NCBI GenBank assembly: GCA_041641295.1
Contig: JBEPYO010000001.1
Coordinates: 1,440,001 to 1,504,000, forward strand
Direction: 5' to 3'
DNA from: Nitrososphaerota archaeon
GTDB lineage: Archaea; Thermoproteota; Nitrososphaeria_A; Caldarchaeales; Calditenuaceae
Length of the DNA stretch: 64,000 nucleotides
A model generated the notes under the pieces. The model did not search any database. It worked only from the letters and a program-made list of their open reading frames with translations, and was not told where the DNA came from. The number at the start of each line of letters is the position of its first letter. Position 1 is the first letter of the stretch. The translations under genes and the position numbers were made by a program. Below are positions 1-10,422 of the stretch, piece after piece.

Positions 1-1020
1 GGAAGTGTAGTCTATGTTCATCGATAATGCTAGGAGTTCTTGCATCGGTATAACGTACATGAAGTCTATTGCATCGGGGGGCCTGTATCCTCTGGGGCGG
101 TCTGCCAGCTCCTCCACCCTGTCCTCAACCCCCTTGGTAAGCCTCCTACCACACCGGGGACACCTGTAATCCATCTCCTTCGCCTTCTCGGGGGGGATTG
201 GGCCCACACCACACCTCCTATGCCCAGACCAGTGATATTTGCCGTAGCTGGGCGGGACCTCCAGTGTCATCAAGACTTTGCTCCTGTCCTTGGTCCGCAG
301 AGCCTTGACGAGCTCCTCGTATGATGGTGTCTCTAGGTTGAGGACGACGGCCTCTCTCCCCAGCCGGTAGGGGTAGGGGCTGTGGGAGTCTGAAGAGCTT
401 AGGAGTATGTACTTGTCTAGGCTGCTCACCCTCCAGTTCATGGGCGGGTCAGAGCTCAGCCCCGTCTCTATGGCGTATATCTTGTCAGCCCTATCCTCGT
501 AGCATTCCTCCACCTTGTCTACCCCTCCTATGGCTCCGAAAATCGACCACCACGGAGTCCAGGCGTGTGCCGGAAAGATGAAACAGTCCTCGTCAACCTC
601 CAGTAGCTTCTCCACCAGCTCGACAGGTCTAATGTTCAGGACAGGCCGTCCATCGGAGGATATGTCGCCGTAGCGTGAGAGCGACTCTGCTGCCACCTTT
701 GAGGTCTCAAGGTCTCGGAAGAGTATTACGTGGTGTATTCTCCTGGCTTTCCCTTGGAACTCGTGGACCGTCGCCACCTCAGTCTGTATTATGAAGAATA
801 TGTCGCTGGGGCCTGACTTTAGCTTGTAGATGCCTGTGCCGTCAATCTCTTGGAGCTCGGATCTCAGCTCCCTAAACCACTGGGGATGGAGCGAATCCCC
901 TGTCCCCAAGAGGTTCAGCCCCTTCAGGGAGGCGTGGTATCCTATCTCGCTGAGCATCATCCGCGGCGACGTTGCTCCACTAAACCTAGAGTGGATCTGA
1001 AGGTCTGCAATAATCCTCAT
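1..1020 (-). CDS. endoQ: Endonuclease Q family (PHP-domain) DNA repair nuclease, 3' end runs off the window
   Basis: Not in ORF track. Manual translation from ATG at 1020: MRIIADLQIHSRFSGATS...GTGDSLHPQW...IHHVILF...DGRP...PAHAWTPWWSIFG...IETGLSSDPPMNWRVSSLD...SSDSHS...GKYHWSGHRRC...CPRCGRRLTKGVEDRVEELADR, the typical EndoQ motif series. Confidence 0.9.
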   Translation of the reverse strand, partial: MRIIADLQIHSRFSGATSPRMMLSEIGYHASLKGLNLLGTGDSLHPQWFRELRSELQEIDGTGIYKLKSGPSDIFFIIQTEVATVHEFQGKARRIHHVILFRDLETSKVAAESLSRYGDISSDGRPVLNIRPVELVEKLLEVDEDCFIFPAHAWTPWWSIFGAIGGVDKVEECYEDRADKIYAIETGLSSDPPMNWRVSSLDKYILLSSSDSHSPYPYRLGREAVVLNLETPSYEELVKALRTKDRSKVLMTLEVPPSYGKYHWSGHRRCGVGPIPPEKAKEMDYRCPRCGRRLTKGVEDRVEELADRPRGYRPPDAIDFMYVIPMQELLALSMNIDYTS

Positions 1021-1082
1021 CAGAGACTCTAAGCCAAAACAACTGTGATTGGATTTAACTCTTCCATCCGACTCGGAAGATA

Positions 1083-3758
1083 CTATTCCTCCCTACCCCT
1101 TCTCTCAGCGATCCGCGCCCTAACCCGGCCGATGATTGCGGCGACTAGGGCTATAGCCGTCGCTACTGCGAGGGCCCCCACCATCAGGGTGGCGGGGATA
1201 GCTGTCCCCCCTACTACGAGAGAGTTTAGGCCGAATCTCAGAACTCCAGCTGGAGCATAAACCTCAAACCTCTCATCACCATAAACTACCTCAACACGGT
1301 ATGGTCCAAGGGCTTCGGGCAGCCTAGTGAATAAAGCCCTTCCATCACCTCCTGTATTTCCTGACGCTGCCAATAGGCCGGGCCGGCGGAGAGAATAGAT
1401 TGAGACTTTAGCACCCTCCACCGGTCTCAGAAACACATCCTGCACGATTACTACGATTTGTGTCTGTGGGACTGTTACTTGTATTTCCTTTCCTGTGTGC
1501 TGCACCTCTTGTCTGAGAAGCTCTACTCCTTCGGTGGTCTCGAGGGATATGTTGAGTGTCCTGTGGACAAGCTTTCCAATCCTAGGTATCCCGCCCGAAA
1601 TCGGGTATCTTTCGCCGTCGAGAACAAGCGTCCCGTTGAATGGCTCTCCATCGCTCCAAACGATCCTCAACTTCGCTGTGCTGATCGGGAGTGTTAGGCT
1701 CTCACCTCTGTACTCTGACGGGAGTATCTCCTCATCAAGGGCCAGTATTGGTTTTCCTGTCTCGCGGAAATAAACGGTTAGCCTGTGGGGTGCTTCGGGT
1801 AGTAGGGGAGCGTATAGTCTGTTGCCCGTACCGCTGTAGTTCCCACCAGGGCCGCTGAGGATCCACTCAACCACTATAGGTGAACCATCACCATCTACGA
1901 GTGTCAAGTCCACGTCATAGACCTGTACATGTATGTCGAGGACCGTGTTTCCCTCTATTCTCGCCTCCCCGGAGAAGACAGTGATGCCATGGTGGCGTAC
2001 AGATAGGCGGTATGACCCGCTTGGTACGCCAGGGATGGTTATTCCGCCATAAGTGTCGCTCCTAAACGCGAGTGTGTGGAGTGTGATCTCAGCACCCGGC
2101 ACCGGCTTCCCGTCCATTGAGAGTATCTTGAGGCTGAGGCTGTAGATTGGCAGGATGATTTTTACAGGCTCGCCGGGTCTCACACTCGAGCTGGCACTCA
2201 CCCTCGAGTTGAATGCGGCAGACTCGTTAACAGCGGATACAAGATAGGTGGCGAGGGGCTGCTGAGGAATAACCAGTACGCCATCCCTCCTTGCAAGATT
2301 TGAGAAGCTAGTCTCGGGTGTTGGCCCCCTTACTTCGAAGACTGCTCCGACAGGGTTTCCAGCCATGTCTACAGCAGAGACGATCAGATTCGAGACAGCT
2401 GTCTTCGCCTCAAAGCTTAGTGGGCTAAATCCTTGGGTCGGGTGATAGCCGATGTATCGTGGTGCTGAGAAAACCTCGACTCCTCTCCAATGGATTGTGA
2501 TTGAGTAGTTTCCGGTCGGAAGTAGGTAGAAGCTGGCGTAGCCGCCGGTGGACTGGTTTAGGGCCTGGGCTGTCCTTCCTGTCTGAGGCTCCTCAACCAG
2601 CTGCAACAATACTGTAGCATTTATGAGTAGTCTTCCGCTCTGGTCTATCGGATAGACCCTGAGGGTGTAGAGTTCTGTGCGAATCGTCTTCGCCGAGGCC
2701 AAGTCTAACGCCTCATGAGACGATACGTAGACTCTGATTTCCTCACCCACGAGGGGTGGTGTATAGGTGATAACCACATCGTAGCTGTAAAAGTCTGGAA
2801 GCCTCTTAAACTGGACGACTCCCTCACTGTCCGCCGTAAGTCTAACCTCGTAGGTGTACATGTGGGCGTCGAGTAAGAGCTTTGCCCCGCCAAGCGGTAT
2901 TACCCCATCATGGTCAGTTACTGTCAAGTTGAAGGTCCTGTAGGGGCTAAGCCTGAACGGTCCATAAACTGCACCCTCAAGCCCCCACAACCACCACTGG
3001 CTATCACTGCCTAGAGGCCCATACCTGTAATCATAGACGAATCCGCTTGGGTATCTAAGCGTGAGTGTGACTGTGGGCTGCATCTCGAATAGCTGTGAGG
3101 ATATTTCAGGGGGGAAGCTAAAGGGCAAGGTGAATAGTAGAGTCCATCCACGAGTTTCGCCCTCGAAGATGTATTTAATGGGGTCTACGGCGTCTAGCCT
3201 CTTTTTCAGCGATATCGTTGAGCTGAGGGACTCTCCATACCCGGGCCAAGCATACCAGACCTTTGCAGACTCCACTTGGATAGGCTGACCAACACAGTAC
3301 CCTACAACAGTCACTTTCCAGTCCGCGAGCTTCCTGTCACCATAAACAACAGCGTTCGAATCCTCCACCACATAGTCTTGGATATAGCCGGTCCTGTTCA
3401 TTGCATCAAGCCTCTCGATGATTGGCCTCAGCTCATCCTCCCACTTCTGCGTAAACTCTCGCACATAGGGGTCTCTAGCCCGAGAGCTACAGTCGGTATT
3501 AACCAGCTGGAAGGTTAGGTTGCCGATCTCCCCCGGAAAATACCTGTCTCCGTACCTGTCGAGCCATTGGGGCTCTCCCACCCCACCCTGCTCCCCTAGC
3601 GGGAGGAAGTAGACTTGGATACTCCACTGCGGGGGCTGCGCACTAGCTGTTGATGACAGGCTGGCTAGGGTGAGGAGTAGTACTACTATAAATGACGCTC
3701 CAAAGATGAGGGTTGAGAAGCCGATCTGCACACTTAAGACCCGCATGTAAATGACCAT
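1083..3758 (-). CDS. Large secreted, C-terminally anchored surface protein with tandem carboxypeptidase-regulatory-like (prealbumin-like) beta domains
   Basis: N-terminal hydrophobic signal; repeated D-x-x-G-x-P-(V/L)-x-G-A-x-V...T-D-x-x-G...G-x-Y-x-(V/L) units; C-terminal TM helix plus basic tail RVRARIAERR. Confidence 0.7.
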   Translation of the reverse strand: MVIYMRVLSVQIGFSTLIFGASFIVVLLLTLASLSSTASAQPPQWSIQVYFLPLGEQGGVGEPQWLDRYGDRYFPGEIGNLTFQLVNTDCSSRARDPYVREFTQKWEDELRPIIERLDAMNRTGYIQDYVVEDSNAVVYGDRKLADWKVTVVGYCVGQPIQVESAKVWYAWPGYGESLSSTISLKKRLDAVDPIKYIFEGETRGWTLLFTLPFSFPPEISSQLFEMQPTVTLTLRYPSGFVYDYRYGPLGSDSQWWLWGLEGAVYGPFRLSPYRTFNLTVTDHDGVIPLGGAKLLLDAHMYTYEVRLTADSEGVVQFKRLPDFYSYDVVITYTPPLVGEEIRVYVSSHEALDLASAKTIRTELYTLRVYPIDQSGRLLINATVLLQLVEEPQTGRTAQALNQSTGGYASFYLLPTGNYSITIHWRGVEVFSAPRYIGYHPTQGFSPLSFEAKTAVSNLIVSAVDMAGNPVGAVFEVRGPTPETSFSNLARRDGVLVIPQQPLATYLVSAVNESAAFNSRVSASSSVRPGEPVKIILPIYSLSLKILSMDGKPVPGAEITLHTLAFRSDTYGGITIPGVPSGSYRLSVRHHGITVFSGEARIEGNTVLDIHVQVYDVDLTLVDGDGSPIVVEWILSGPGGNYSGTGNRLYAPLLPEAPHRLTVYFRETGKPILALDEEILPSEYRGESLTLPISTAKLRIVWSDGEPFNGTLVLDGERYPISGGIPRIGKLVHRTLNISLETTEGVELLRQEVQHTGKEIQVTVPQTQIVVIVQDVFLRPVEGAKVSIYSLRRPGLLAASGNTGGDGRALFTRLPEALGPYRVEVVYGDERFEVYAPAGVLRFGLNSLVVGGTAIPATLMVGALAVATAIALVAAIIGRVRARIAERRGREE

Positions 3759-3929
3759 ACGCTTGGCTCATTTAAGCCCTTTTGGGTCTTTTAAGCCATC
3801 CACTCCCATTCTTCACGTTCTATTGTTTGTCTGATAGTTGGAAAAGGATAAGTAGGAGGAAGTAAGCGTCTTTCCGATTGACAGAGAATGCCTCCTCCAC
3901 CTATGACGTGTCCCTCGAGGAGATATTGA

Positions 3930-4760
3930 ATGCGTCCCAGGGGTATTTCCCCTGTTGTTGTCGTCTCTTCTAGGCAACCAGCCCTAGTGGCGGCTGGCCT
4001 GCTAGCCTCTCAGGAGGCCACCCACGTTGTTGTGGCTGACTATGGCCAATCTGAGGGGCATTACGTTATAGAGGGTGTTATAACTGGGCGTGAAATACTC
4101 GGTTTACTTGTCAAGGACAGCGAGGTCTGGAGGCATGTGATGAGGGTGAGTTCGGGGGAGATTTCCCGGCCCGTGCCATATGCGAATAGGCGAGACAGCC
4201 TATTGATGCTCTTCGCGCGGATGTCAGAGTTTGGAGTCGGCTTCGCCTTGGTGGACGATACGAGGCCCCGGGTTGTCGACCTTCTGGCTGTGCTGAAATA
4301 CTCAGCTACCAATAGGTCTTTGCGGTCCTTCTTCAGAAATTACAAGGCGTCCGACATCAGCTCGGGCCCGGAGGTCTTATCCGTTAATACAGACCAGACG
4401 GTCCTCGAATGCATCCATTTGATGCTAAATAAGGGTGTCAGGAGGCTGGTCGTCGAGGGGAGCCGCATGATTTTGAGCGATAGGACGGTTGTGAGGTTCT
4501 TGTTTGGCTCCACTGACAGTATGGAGTTGGTTAGAGATAATCCTGAGAGGCTTTTCAACATGTCTGTAGGCGAGTTGGGTGAGCTCCTTCAGCATCCCGC
4601 TGTTGTCGCTAGCGGCGACGACTTGGAAGTCGTTTTAGACAGGCTCGTCACAAGCGAGGCTAAGTGCTGCCTACTCCGGGACGGAGATGGAATAATAACT
4701 CCTTGGGACTTGACCGTAAAGCTCTTCCAGAGGGCCGGCCCAGCGGCGAGGCCTATGTAA
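3930..4760 (+). CDS. CBS-domain protein
   Basis: CBS-like segments (VLSVNTDQTVLECIHLMLNKGVRRLVV; GVITGREIL; GIITPWDL). Confidence 0.75.
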   Translation: MRPRGISPVVVVSSRQPALVAAGLLASQEATHVVVADYGQSEGHYVIEGVITGREILGLLVKDSEVWRHVMRVSSGEISRPVPYANRRDSLLMLFARMSEFGVGFALVDDTRPRVVDLLAVLKYSATNRSLRSFFRNYKASDISSGPEVLSVNTDQTVLECIHLMLNKGVRRLVVEGSRMILSDRTVVRFLFGSTDSMELVRDNPERLFNMSVGELGELLQHPAVVASGDDLEVVLDRLVTSEAKCCLLRDGDGIITPWDLTVKLFQRAGPAARPM

Positions 4761-4834
4761 TACCGTGGATTGATTACTTTCGCCGAGGTGTCCATAGGCA
4801 GATATAACTCTGCTCCCTAAGGGCTCTCAGGGGT

Positions 4835-5350
4835 ATGCCCGAACACGCGGCGCGTATTGAGCAGATAGTGTCCCAAGTCAGGGTTAAGCTGATCAAGGAC
4901 GTAGCCCGGCTGAGGGTTGGTGGCCGGGAATTAGCCGACCTTAGGCAGGGGTCGCAGATAACTCTTCCGCTCTGGGCGATGGAGAAGCTCTGGGAATCGG
5001 GCCTAGCTGAGCCGGTTGGCGGTGTCATTGACCTGCCAAAGCTGACCCAGCTTCTATGGAGGGAGCGGAAGAGCCCCGTCGAGTTGGTGGAGCTTCCTGA
5101 GAGGTTTTACTACAGCATGGCATCCGCACTCGCCGGGCAGAGGGATAGGGACCCTGAGTCGCACAAGGCGCTATTGCAGGCTTACCGCGACCTAGTCTCG
5201 CTCAGAATGTCTAAATTACTATCCTTCGCCCTCCGGGGCCTAGACCCATCCCTAATCCGCAACATGGTTGACGAGGAGAAGGAGCTGTATCTGCGGGTCC
5301 GCGAGGCTGTCGAGTCTTGGCTCGAATCTATAGGCTTGGGGGTGAGATGA
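4835..5350 (+). CDS. gins23: GINS complex subunit Gins23 (Psf2/3-like)
   Basis: N-terminal B-domain (G-x-x-I-T-L-P-L-W-A), LVELPERFY, R-x-x-K-L, EEKELY; its stop directly abuts the mcm start. Confidence 0.85.
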   Translation: MPEHAARIEQIVSQVRVKLIKDVARLRVGGRELADLRQGSQITLPLWAMEKLWESGLAEPVGGVIDLPKLTQLLWRERKSPVELVELPERFYYSMASALAGQRDRDPESHKALLQAYRDLVSLRMSKLLSFALRGLDPSLIRNMVDEEKELYLRVREAVESWLESIGLGVR

Positions 5351-7351
5351 GTGGCTGAGACAATCGAGGAGGAGCTGGCCCGATTCTTCAAGCAGGAGAA
5401 GTACAGGGACATGATCTCGAGGGCTGTCGTGTCGGGCCGAAAGACGGTCCCCGTTGATTTCAGCGACCTCTTGATATTCAACAGGGACTTCGCAGAGAAG
5501 GTTCAGGCAGAACCTCTCACCTACCTCCCACTACTCGACAACGCTGCATACAAACAGCTTGAGCTCGAGTATCCTGAGTACGCCGCACTGGTCAGGTCCT
5601 TTAAGACAGCGGTCAGAGGCCTCCCAGACTCTATCCCGATCAGGAAGATACGCTCAGAGCACCTCCGGAAGCTCATAGCCGTGGATGGCATAGTTGTGAG
5701 GGCCTCAGCCGTCAGACCCCTGCTGGAGAGGGCCGCCTTCAGGTGCCGTTACTGCGGAAACATCTACACTGTTGAAGGCTCCAAGCAACCCCCACGCTGC
5801 AGAAACCCCAGATGCCTCGAGAAGCGGCCATCATTCGAGCTGGTCGAGGAGGAGTCCGTCTTCGCAGATTTCCAGACACTCGGCGTCCAGGAGAAGCCGG
5901 AGGACCTGCCGCCTGGACAGCTTCCACGCATCATCGATGTTCGGGTTAAGGGCGACTTCGTCGACGTGGCGGCGCCTGGCGACAGAGTCACTGTAACAGG
6001 CATACTCATGCTCTCGGCTGAGCAGGGTGAGCATGCGGCTCAGCCCCGGAAAGTCTTCCTCGACGCAGTCTCTATCGAGCCCCGTGGTAAGGAGCTGGAG
6101 TCCCTCTTGATCACTCCTGAGGAGGAGAAGATGTTTAAGGAGATGGCTGCGGATCCGCAGAACTATCAGAGGCTGATAGAGTCTGTCGCGCCCTCTATCG
6201 AGGGGCTGGAACACATCAAGGAGGCGGTCCTACTACTGCTGTTCGGAGGGAGGAGTAAGGTCTTCCCGGACGGCGTAAGGGTGAGGGGAGATGTTCACGT
6301 CCTCTTGGTCGGAGACCCTGGGACAGCCAAGTCAACCCTACTACTCTACGCGGCCCAGATTGCTCCGCGGGGAGTGTACACCTCTGGGAGAGGCAGTACT
6401 GCTGCTGGATTGACTGCTGCGGTTGTTAGGGATGCGGGGGGAGGGCTAGTGTTGGAGGCGGGGGCGAGTGTACTCGCGGATATGGGGGTTTGCGTGATTG
6501 ATGAGATTGACAAGATGAGGCCTGAGGACCGGGTTGCGATGCACGAGGTCATGGCTCAGCAGACGGTGAGCATAGCTAAGGGCGGAATAGTAGCCACGCT
6601 CAACGCCCGGTGCAGCATACTTGCGGCCGCAAACCCAGAGCTAGGCAGATACGATGTCTACAGGCCCTTCAACGAGAACGTCAACCTCCCAATAACCCTC
6701 CTCTCAAGGTTTGACCTGATCTTCGTCCTGAGGGATGAGCCGAGCCCAGAGGCTGATAAGAAGGTATCAAGCCACATAGTCTCTCTACACATTGAGGGCG
6801 GGGTTAAGAAGGAGCCGCCAATCCCGCCAAACATACTGAAGAAATACATCGCATACTCCAAGAAGATCGAGCCGGTACTGACGCAGGAGGCTGCCGAGGT
6901 CCTCCAGCAGTTCTACCTTAACATGAGGGCTGTCTACGAGAAGACCTCCACCGTCTCCATTACCGCGCGGCAGCTCGAGTCTCTGATAAGGCTGGCCGAG
7001 GCACGCGCGAGAGCGTGTCTCCGAAATGTGGTCACTGTCGACGATGCGCAGGTGGCTGTTAGGCTCATGAAGAGGAGCCTCTCTGAGGTTGGGATAGACG
7101 TTGAGACAGGCAGGCCTGACATTGATGTCATCATGACTGGGAAGCCTCGTAGCGTGCGCGAGAAGCTGAGCCTCGTCCTAGACGTGATTCGGGAGTTGCA
7201 GGAGCAGCACGGGTACGCCGATGATGAGGCTTTGAAGAAGGAGCTGCAGGAGCAGGGGCTCACAAAGGCTGAGATTGACCGTATACTTAACAGGATGATT
7301 ACTGAGGGTAGGATTTATACGCCCAAGCCAGGTGCCTACAGGCTGGCGTAA
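5351..7351 (+). CDS. mcm: Replicative helicase MCM, no intein
   Basis: Zn finger CRYC...C...C, Walker A GDPGTAKS, IDEIDKM, SRFD arginine finger, ITARQLESLIRL, C-terminal winged helix. Confidence 0.98.
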   Translation: MAETIEEELARFFKQEKYRDMISRAVVSGRKTVPVDFSDLLIFNRDFAEKVQAEPLTYLPLLDNAAYKQLELEYPEYAALVRSFKTAVRGLPDSIPIRKIRSEHLRKLIAVDGIVVRASAVRPLLERAAFRCRYCGNIYTVEGSKQPPRCRNPRCLEKRPSFELVEEESVFADFQTLGVQEKPEDLPPGQLPRIIDVRVKGDFVDVAAPGDRVTVTGILMLSAEQGEHAAQPRKVFLDAVSIEPRGKELESLLITPEEEKMFKEMAADPQNYQRLIESVAPSIEGLEHIKEAVLLLLFGGRSKVFPDGVRVRGDVHVLLVGDPGTAKSTLLLYAAQIAPRGVYTSGRGSTAAGLTAAVVRDAGGGLVLEAGASVLADMGVCVIDEIDKMRPEDRVAMHEVMAQQTVSIAKGGIVATLNARCSILAAANPELGRYDVYRPFNENVNLPITLLSRFDLIFVLRDEPSPEADKKVSSHIVSLHIEGGVKKEPPIPPNILKKYIAYSKKIEPVLTQEAAEVLQQFYLNMRAVYEKTSTVSITARQLESLIRLAEARARACLRNVVTVDDAQVAVRLMKRSLSEVGIDVETGRPDIDVIMTGKPRSVREKLSLVLDVIRELQEQHGYADDEALKKELQEQGLTKAEIDRILNRMITEGRIYTPKPGAYRLA

Positions 7352-7356
7352 ACGTT

Positions 7357-9516
7357 ATGAGGGTTGAGGAGGCCGGGCTGTCGGAGTGGCTTCTCGAGTC
7401 CCTGAAGCGCGAGGGAATAGAGACCCTCTACCCACCTCAGGCCGAGGCCCTTCGGAAGGGTCTCCTGCAGGGCCGGAACCTCGTGGTCTCCTCACCCACC
7501 GCATCGGGGAAGACGCTCATAGCCATAATGGCGGCCCACCGACACCTCGAGAACAGGCGGAAGATACTATACCTCACACCCCTCAGGGCCCTGACCTATG
7601 AGAAGTCGGTGGAGTTCAGGAGGATACTTGCTGAAAATGGTCCAGGGTTTAGGGTGGTGGCTGTCTCCGGCGACTATGATGACCCAGGCGAATGGATAGG
7701 GAGCAACGACGTCATAGTCTCTACCTATGAGAAGGCCGACAGCCTAGTCCGCCACCGCGCCAAATGGCTCTCAAGCATAGGGCTAATAGTCGTTGATGAG
7801 GCCCACATGATAGGCGACCCTGACAGAGGACCTACACTTGAGATGACGATAGCCAAGCTCCTCGAAACGCTTGAGGCGCCCCAGATACTCTGCCTCAGCG
7901 CAACCGTCAGAAATATAGGGGACATAGCGGAGTGGCTTGAGGCCGTCCCAGTCCAGAGCGACTTCAGGCCTGTCCCGCTCAGGGAGGGTGTTCTACAGGG
8001 GGGCCGCATCTTCTTCTCGGATGGTGAGACCCGAGTTTTGAGGGCTGGCGCCGACCCCCTCAGCGGGCTTGTCGCCGAGTGTCTCATGGATGGTGGACAG
8101 GTCCTAGTCTTCGCTTTGACGAGGAGGAAGGCTGAGAGCTATGCTGAGAGGCTGGCACAAGCTCTCACAAGCCTCAACCTTCTTGACAGCGCCGACAGGG
8201 AGAGGCTGGAGGAGGCCTCGCGCAGAGTATTGGAGGAGGCCGAGTCTCCCTTCTCCGAGAGGCTGGCCAGGCTGATCTCGCGGGGTGTTGCCTTCCACCA
8301 TGCGGGGCTCGGTCACATCCATAGGAGGCTGATAGAGGATGCTTTTCGAGAGGGCGTGATCTCGGTGCTGTGCGCAACACCCACGCTCGCTGCCGGCGTC
8401 AACCTGCCCGCAAGGATGGTAGTCATCCCTGAGTATCGCCGCTTCGACTCGAGGAGCGGGATGAGGGCCCTGAGCGTGACGGAGTATAAACAGTTCTGTG
8501 GGCGGGCCGGTAGGCCGCTATACGATAACATAGGATACTCGATACTCGTTGCGGGCAGCAGGACTGAGGCTGAGTATCTGATGGAGAAGTATATTCAAGG
8601 GCTGCCGGAGAAGGTCTACTCTGTCCTCGGAAGCGAGAAACATCTCCGAAGCCACATACTCTCCCTAATCTCATCGGGTCTCGCCAGGTCCGAGCTCGGA
8701 TTGAGGAGGATCATCGGCAGGACGTTCTACGCCCACATCTTCGGCACACAGGGGCTCGTTGAGAAGATAAGCTCCGTCCTACAACTCCTAGAAGCCCACT
8801 CACTAATCTCTAGCGACGACGGCTTGGAGGCGACTAGGCTCGGGGCACGTGTCTCAGAACTCTACATAGATCCTTTGACCTGTGTCGAGATACTCAACTA
8901 CACTGCCGGGGTCGAGAAGCTCTCCACCCTCGGCGCCCTACAGATAATCTGCCTCACACCAGACCTGTCAGACCTCTGGGTCGCTCGGATCCGCCCCGCC
9001 ACCGTTAAACGCATCTTGGATGAGCTTGGCGAGGAGCTGTTCGTAAGTCTTCCAGACCCCGTCGAGTATCCTGAGGAGTATGAGCTGCAGCTCGACAGTC
9101 TGAAGAATGCTTTGGTGCTGTGGGCGTGGGTCAGCGAGGTTCCTGAGAGGGAGATTTATGAGAGGTTTAACGTGGAGCCGGGCGACTTTGCAGCCCTTAG
9201 AGAGAGGGCCGAGTGGATCTCCTACGCCGCCTCGAGCATCCTAGAAGTGGTGGGGCGGAGAAAGCTCGCATCATTCTACAGGATATTGACTGAGAGGCTG
9301 AGGCATGGGGTCTTGGAGGAGCTGCTAGAACTCGTCTCGCTCCCCGATATAGGTCGGGTCCGGGGTAGGATGCTTTGGCGCTCCGGCTTCAGGTCGCTTG
9401 AAGACATTAAGAGGGCAAGCATCGACGAACTCGCTAAGGTTCCAGGAATCGGCACAGCAATTGCGGGCAAGATAAAGAAGGCGGTTGAGAAGCTAGACTC
9501 TGCAACCGAGCAATAG
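7357..9516 (+). CDS. hel308: Ski2-like SF2 helicase Hel308/Hjm
   Basis: PTASGKT, DEAH, LSAT, FHHAGL, TPTLAAGVNLPA, GRAGRP, C-terminal HhH. Confidence 0.95.
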   Translation: MRVEEAGLSEWLLESLKREGIETLYPPQAEALRKGLLQGRNLVVSSPTASGKTLIAIMAAHRHLENRRKILYLTPLRALTYEKSVEFRRILAENGPGFRVVAVSGDYDDPGEWIGSNDVIVSTYEKADSLVRHRAKWLSSIGLIVVDEAHMIGDPDRGPTLEMTIAKLLETLEAPQILCLSATVRNIGDIAEWLEAVPVQSDFRPVPLREGVLQGGRIFFSDGETRVLRAGADPLSGLVAECLMDGGQVLVFALTRRKAESYAERLAQALTSLNLLDSADRERLEEASRRVLEEAESPFSERLARLISRGVAFHHAGLGHIHRRLIEDAFREGVISVLCATPTLAAGVNLPARMVVIPEYRRFDSRSGMRALSVTEYKQFCGRAGRPLYDNIGYSILVAGSRTEAEYLMEKYIQGLPEKVYSVLGSEKHLRSHILSLISSGLARSELGLRRIIGRTFYAHIFGTQGLVEKISSVLQLLEAHSLISSDDGLEATRLGARVSELYIDPLTCVEILNYTAGVEKLSTLGALQIICLTPDLSDLWVARIRPATVKRILDELGEELFVSLPDPVEYPEEYELQLDSLKNALVLWAWVSEVPEREIYERFNVEPGDFAALRERAEWISYAASSILEVVGRRKLASFYRILTERLRHGVLEELLELVSLPDIGRVRGRMLWRSGFRSLEDIKRASIDELAKVPGIGTAIAGKIKKAVEKLDSATEQ

Positions 9517-10422
9517 GCTAACGCCGATAGATGCCGCGAGGATATCAGCTGAGGATCCAGGCCTCGCGTCGATGCGTCTGAGGTATCTGTCGAGTTCTAG
9601 GACTGCTTTTAGGCCCTCCGATGTGTAGGCTCCGCCAAGGCCTAGGGCAGCTTCAGCCATCGACTGCGCGATACGGGCAACCACAACGCCACGACGCCTA
9701 ACAATATGAGTATCAGGCCTACATGCCATTACGGAGAGAAGAGCGTTAACACATGCCTTCTCAAAGGAGCCAGTCTCCTCCCTCCACCTGGAGAGTGTTT
9801 TGAGGGCGACGTCGAAGGTTAGTGGAAATCCTTCGAGGAGTTCGTCAGCTACCACATCTCTGCCGCGATATGGTTCGAGCGCCTCTAAAAGCCCCACTCC
9901 ACGCCTCCTCAGATAAACATAGGTCTCGGGGCTCGTGACATCTAGGAATGGGACGCGGCCTAGGCCGCCTGGCCTGACATGATCTATCGCCCTGAAGATG
10001 TGGAGAGTGTCGGACGGGCCCATGCTTTTGACAGTAGAGACCGCGGCCCGTCTCAAAGCATTGGTTCCCACTCTTCCCTCGAGACTTCCAGCTGCGGCTG
10101 CGAGGGGCATAGCCAGCAGTATCGCTCCAAGGTGCGTGTTTCCACCCTTCTGAACCCTCAGCATCTCCCTCACGGCCTCAAAGACTAGAGGGCCCAGACA
10201 GCCCCGCAACCTTCCCCTCCTCCCAAAAGCCGCGGCCTTAGCGAAGTGGGGGTAAAGTGAAGTGGCGCTCGCGGAGAACCTGAAGATATCTAGTTCTTTA
10301 AGGGGGTTTACGCGGTCGACGAGTCCGGGCTTGGGGTGGGCTGCGGCCTCGAATATGAGTCCGGTGGTAAGGCACCTCGCAACCTCTAGGTCCCAGTTGG
10401 TGAAGGTGTTAGGGCTGGTCAA
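9493..10422 (-). CDS. citG: CitG-like triphosphoribosyl-dephospho-CoA synthase family protein
   Basis: E-x-x-x-x-PKPGLVDR, GNTHLGAILL, DTHIVRRRG, PGSSADI motifs. Confidence 0.8.
   Translation of the reverse strand: MTSPNTFTNWDLEVARCLTTGLIFEAAAHPKPGLVDRVNPLKELDIFRFSASATSLYPHFAKAAAFGRRGRLRGCLGPLVFEAVREMLRVQKGGNTHLGAILLAMPLAAAAGSLEGRVGTNALRRAAVSTVKSMGPSDTLHIFRAIDHVRPGGLGRVPFLDVTSPETYVYLRRRGVGLLEALEPYRGRDVVADELLEGFPLTFDVALKTLSRWREETGSFEKACVNALLSVMACRPDTHIVRRRGVVVARIAQSMAEAALGLGGAYTSEGLKAVLELDRYLRRIDARPGSSADILAASIGVSLLLGCRV

Noticed and set aside
3878-3945. Upstream frame (TTG 3878, MTENASSTYDVSLEEILNASQG) that would join the CBS gene if one G in a G4 run were removed
   Set aside because: Could be a sequencing slip, but the ATG at 3930 already gives a plausible protein; undecidable without reads or homologs.
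5351-9516. Possible inteins in MCM or Hel308
   Set aside because: Lengths (666 and 719 aa) are normal and the motifs are contiguous.
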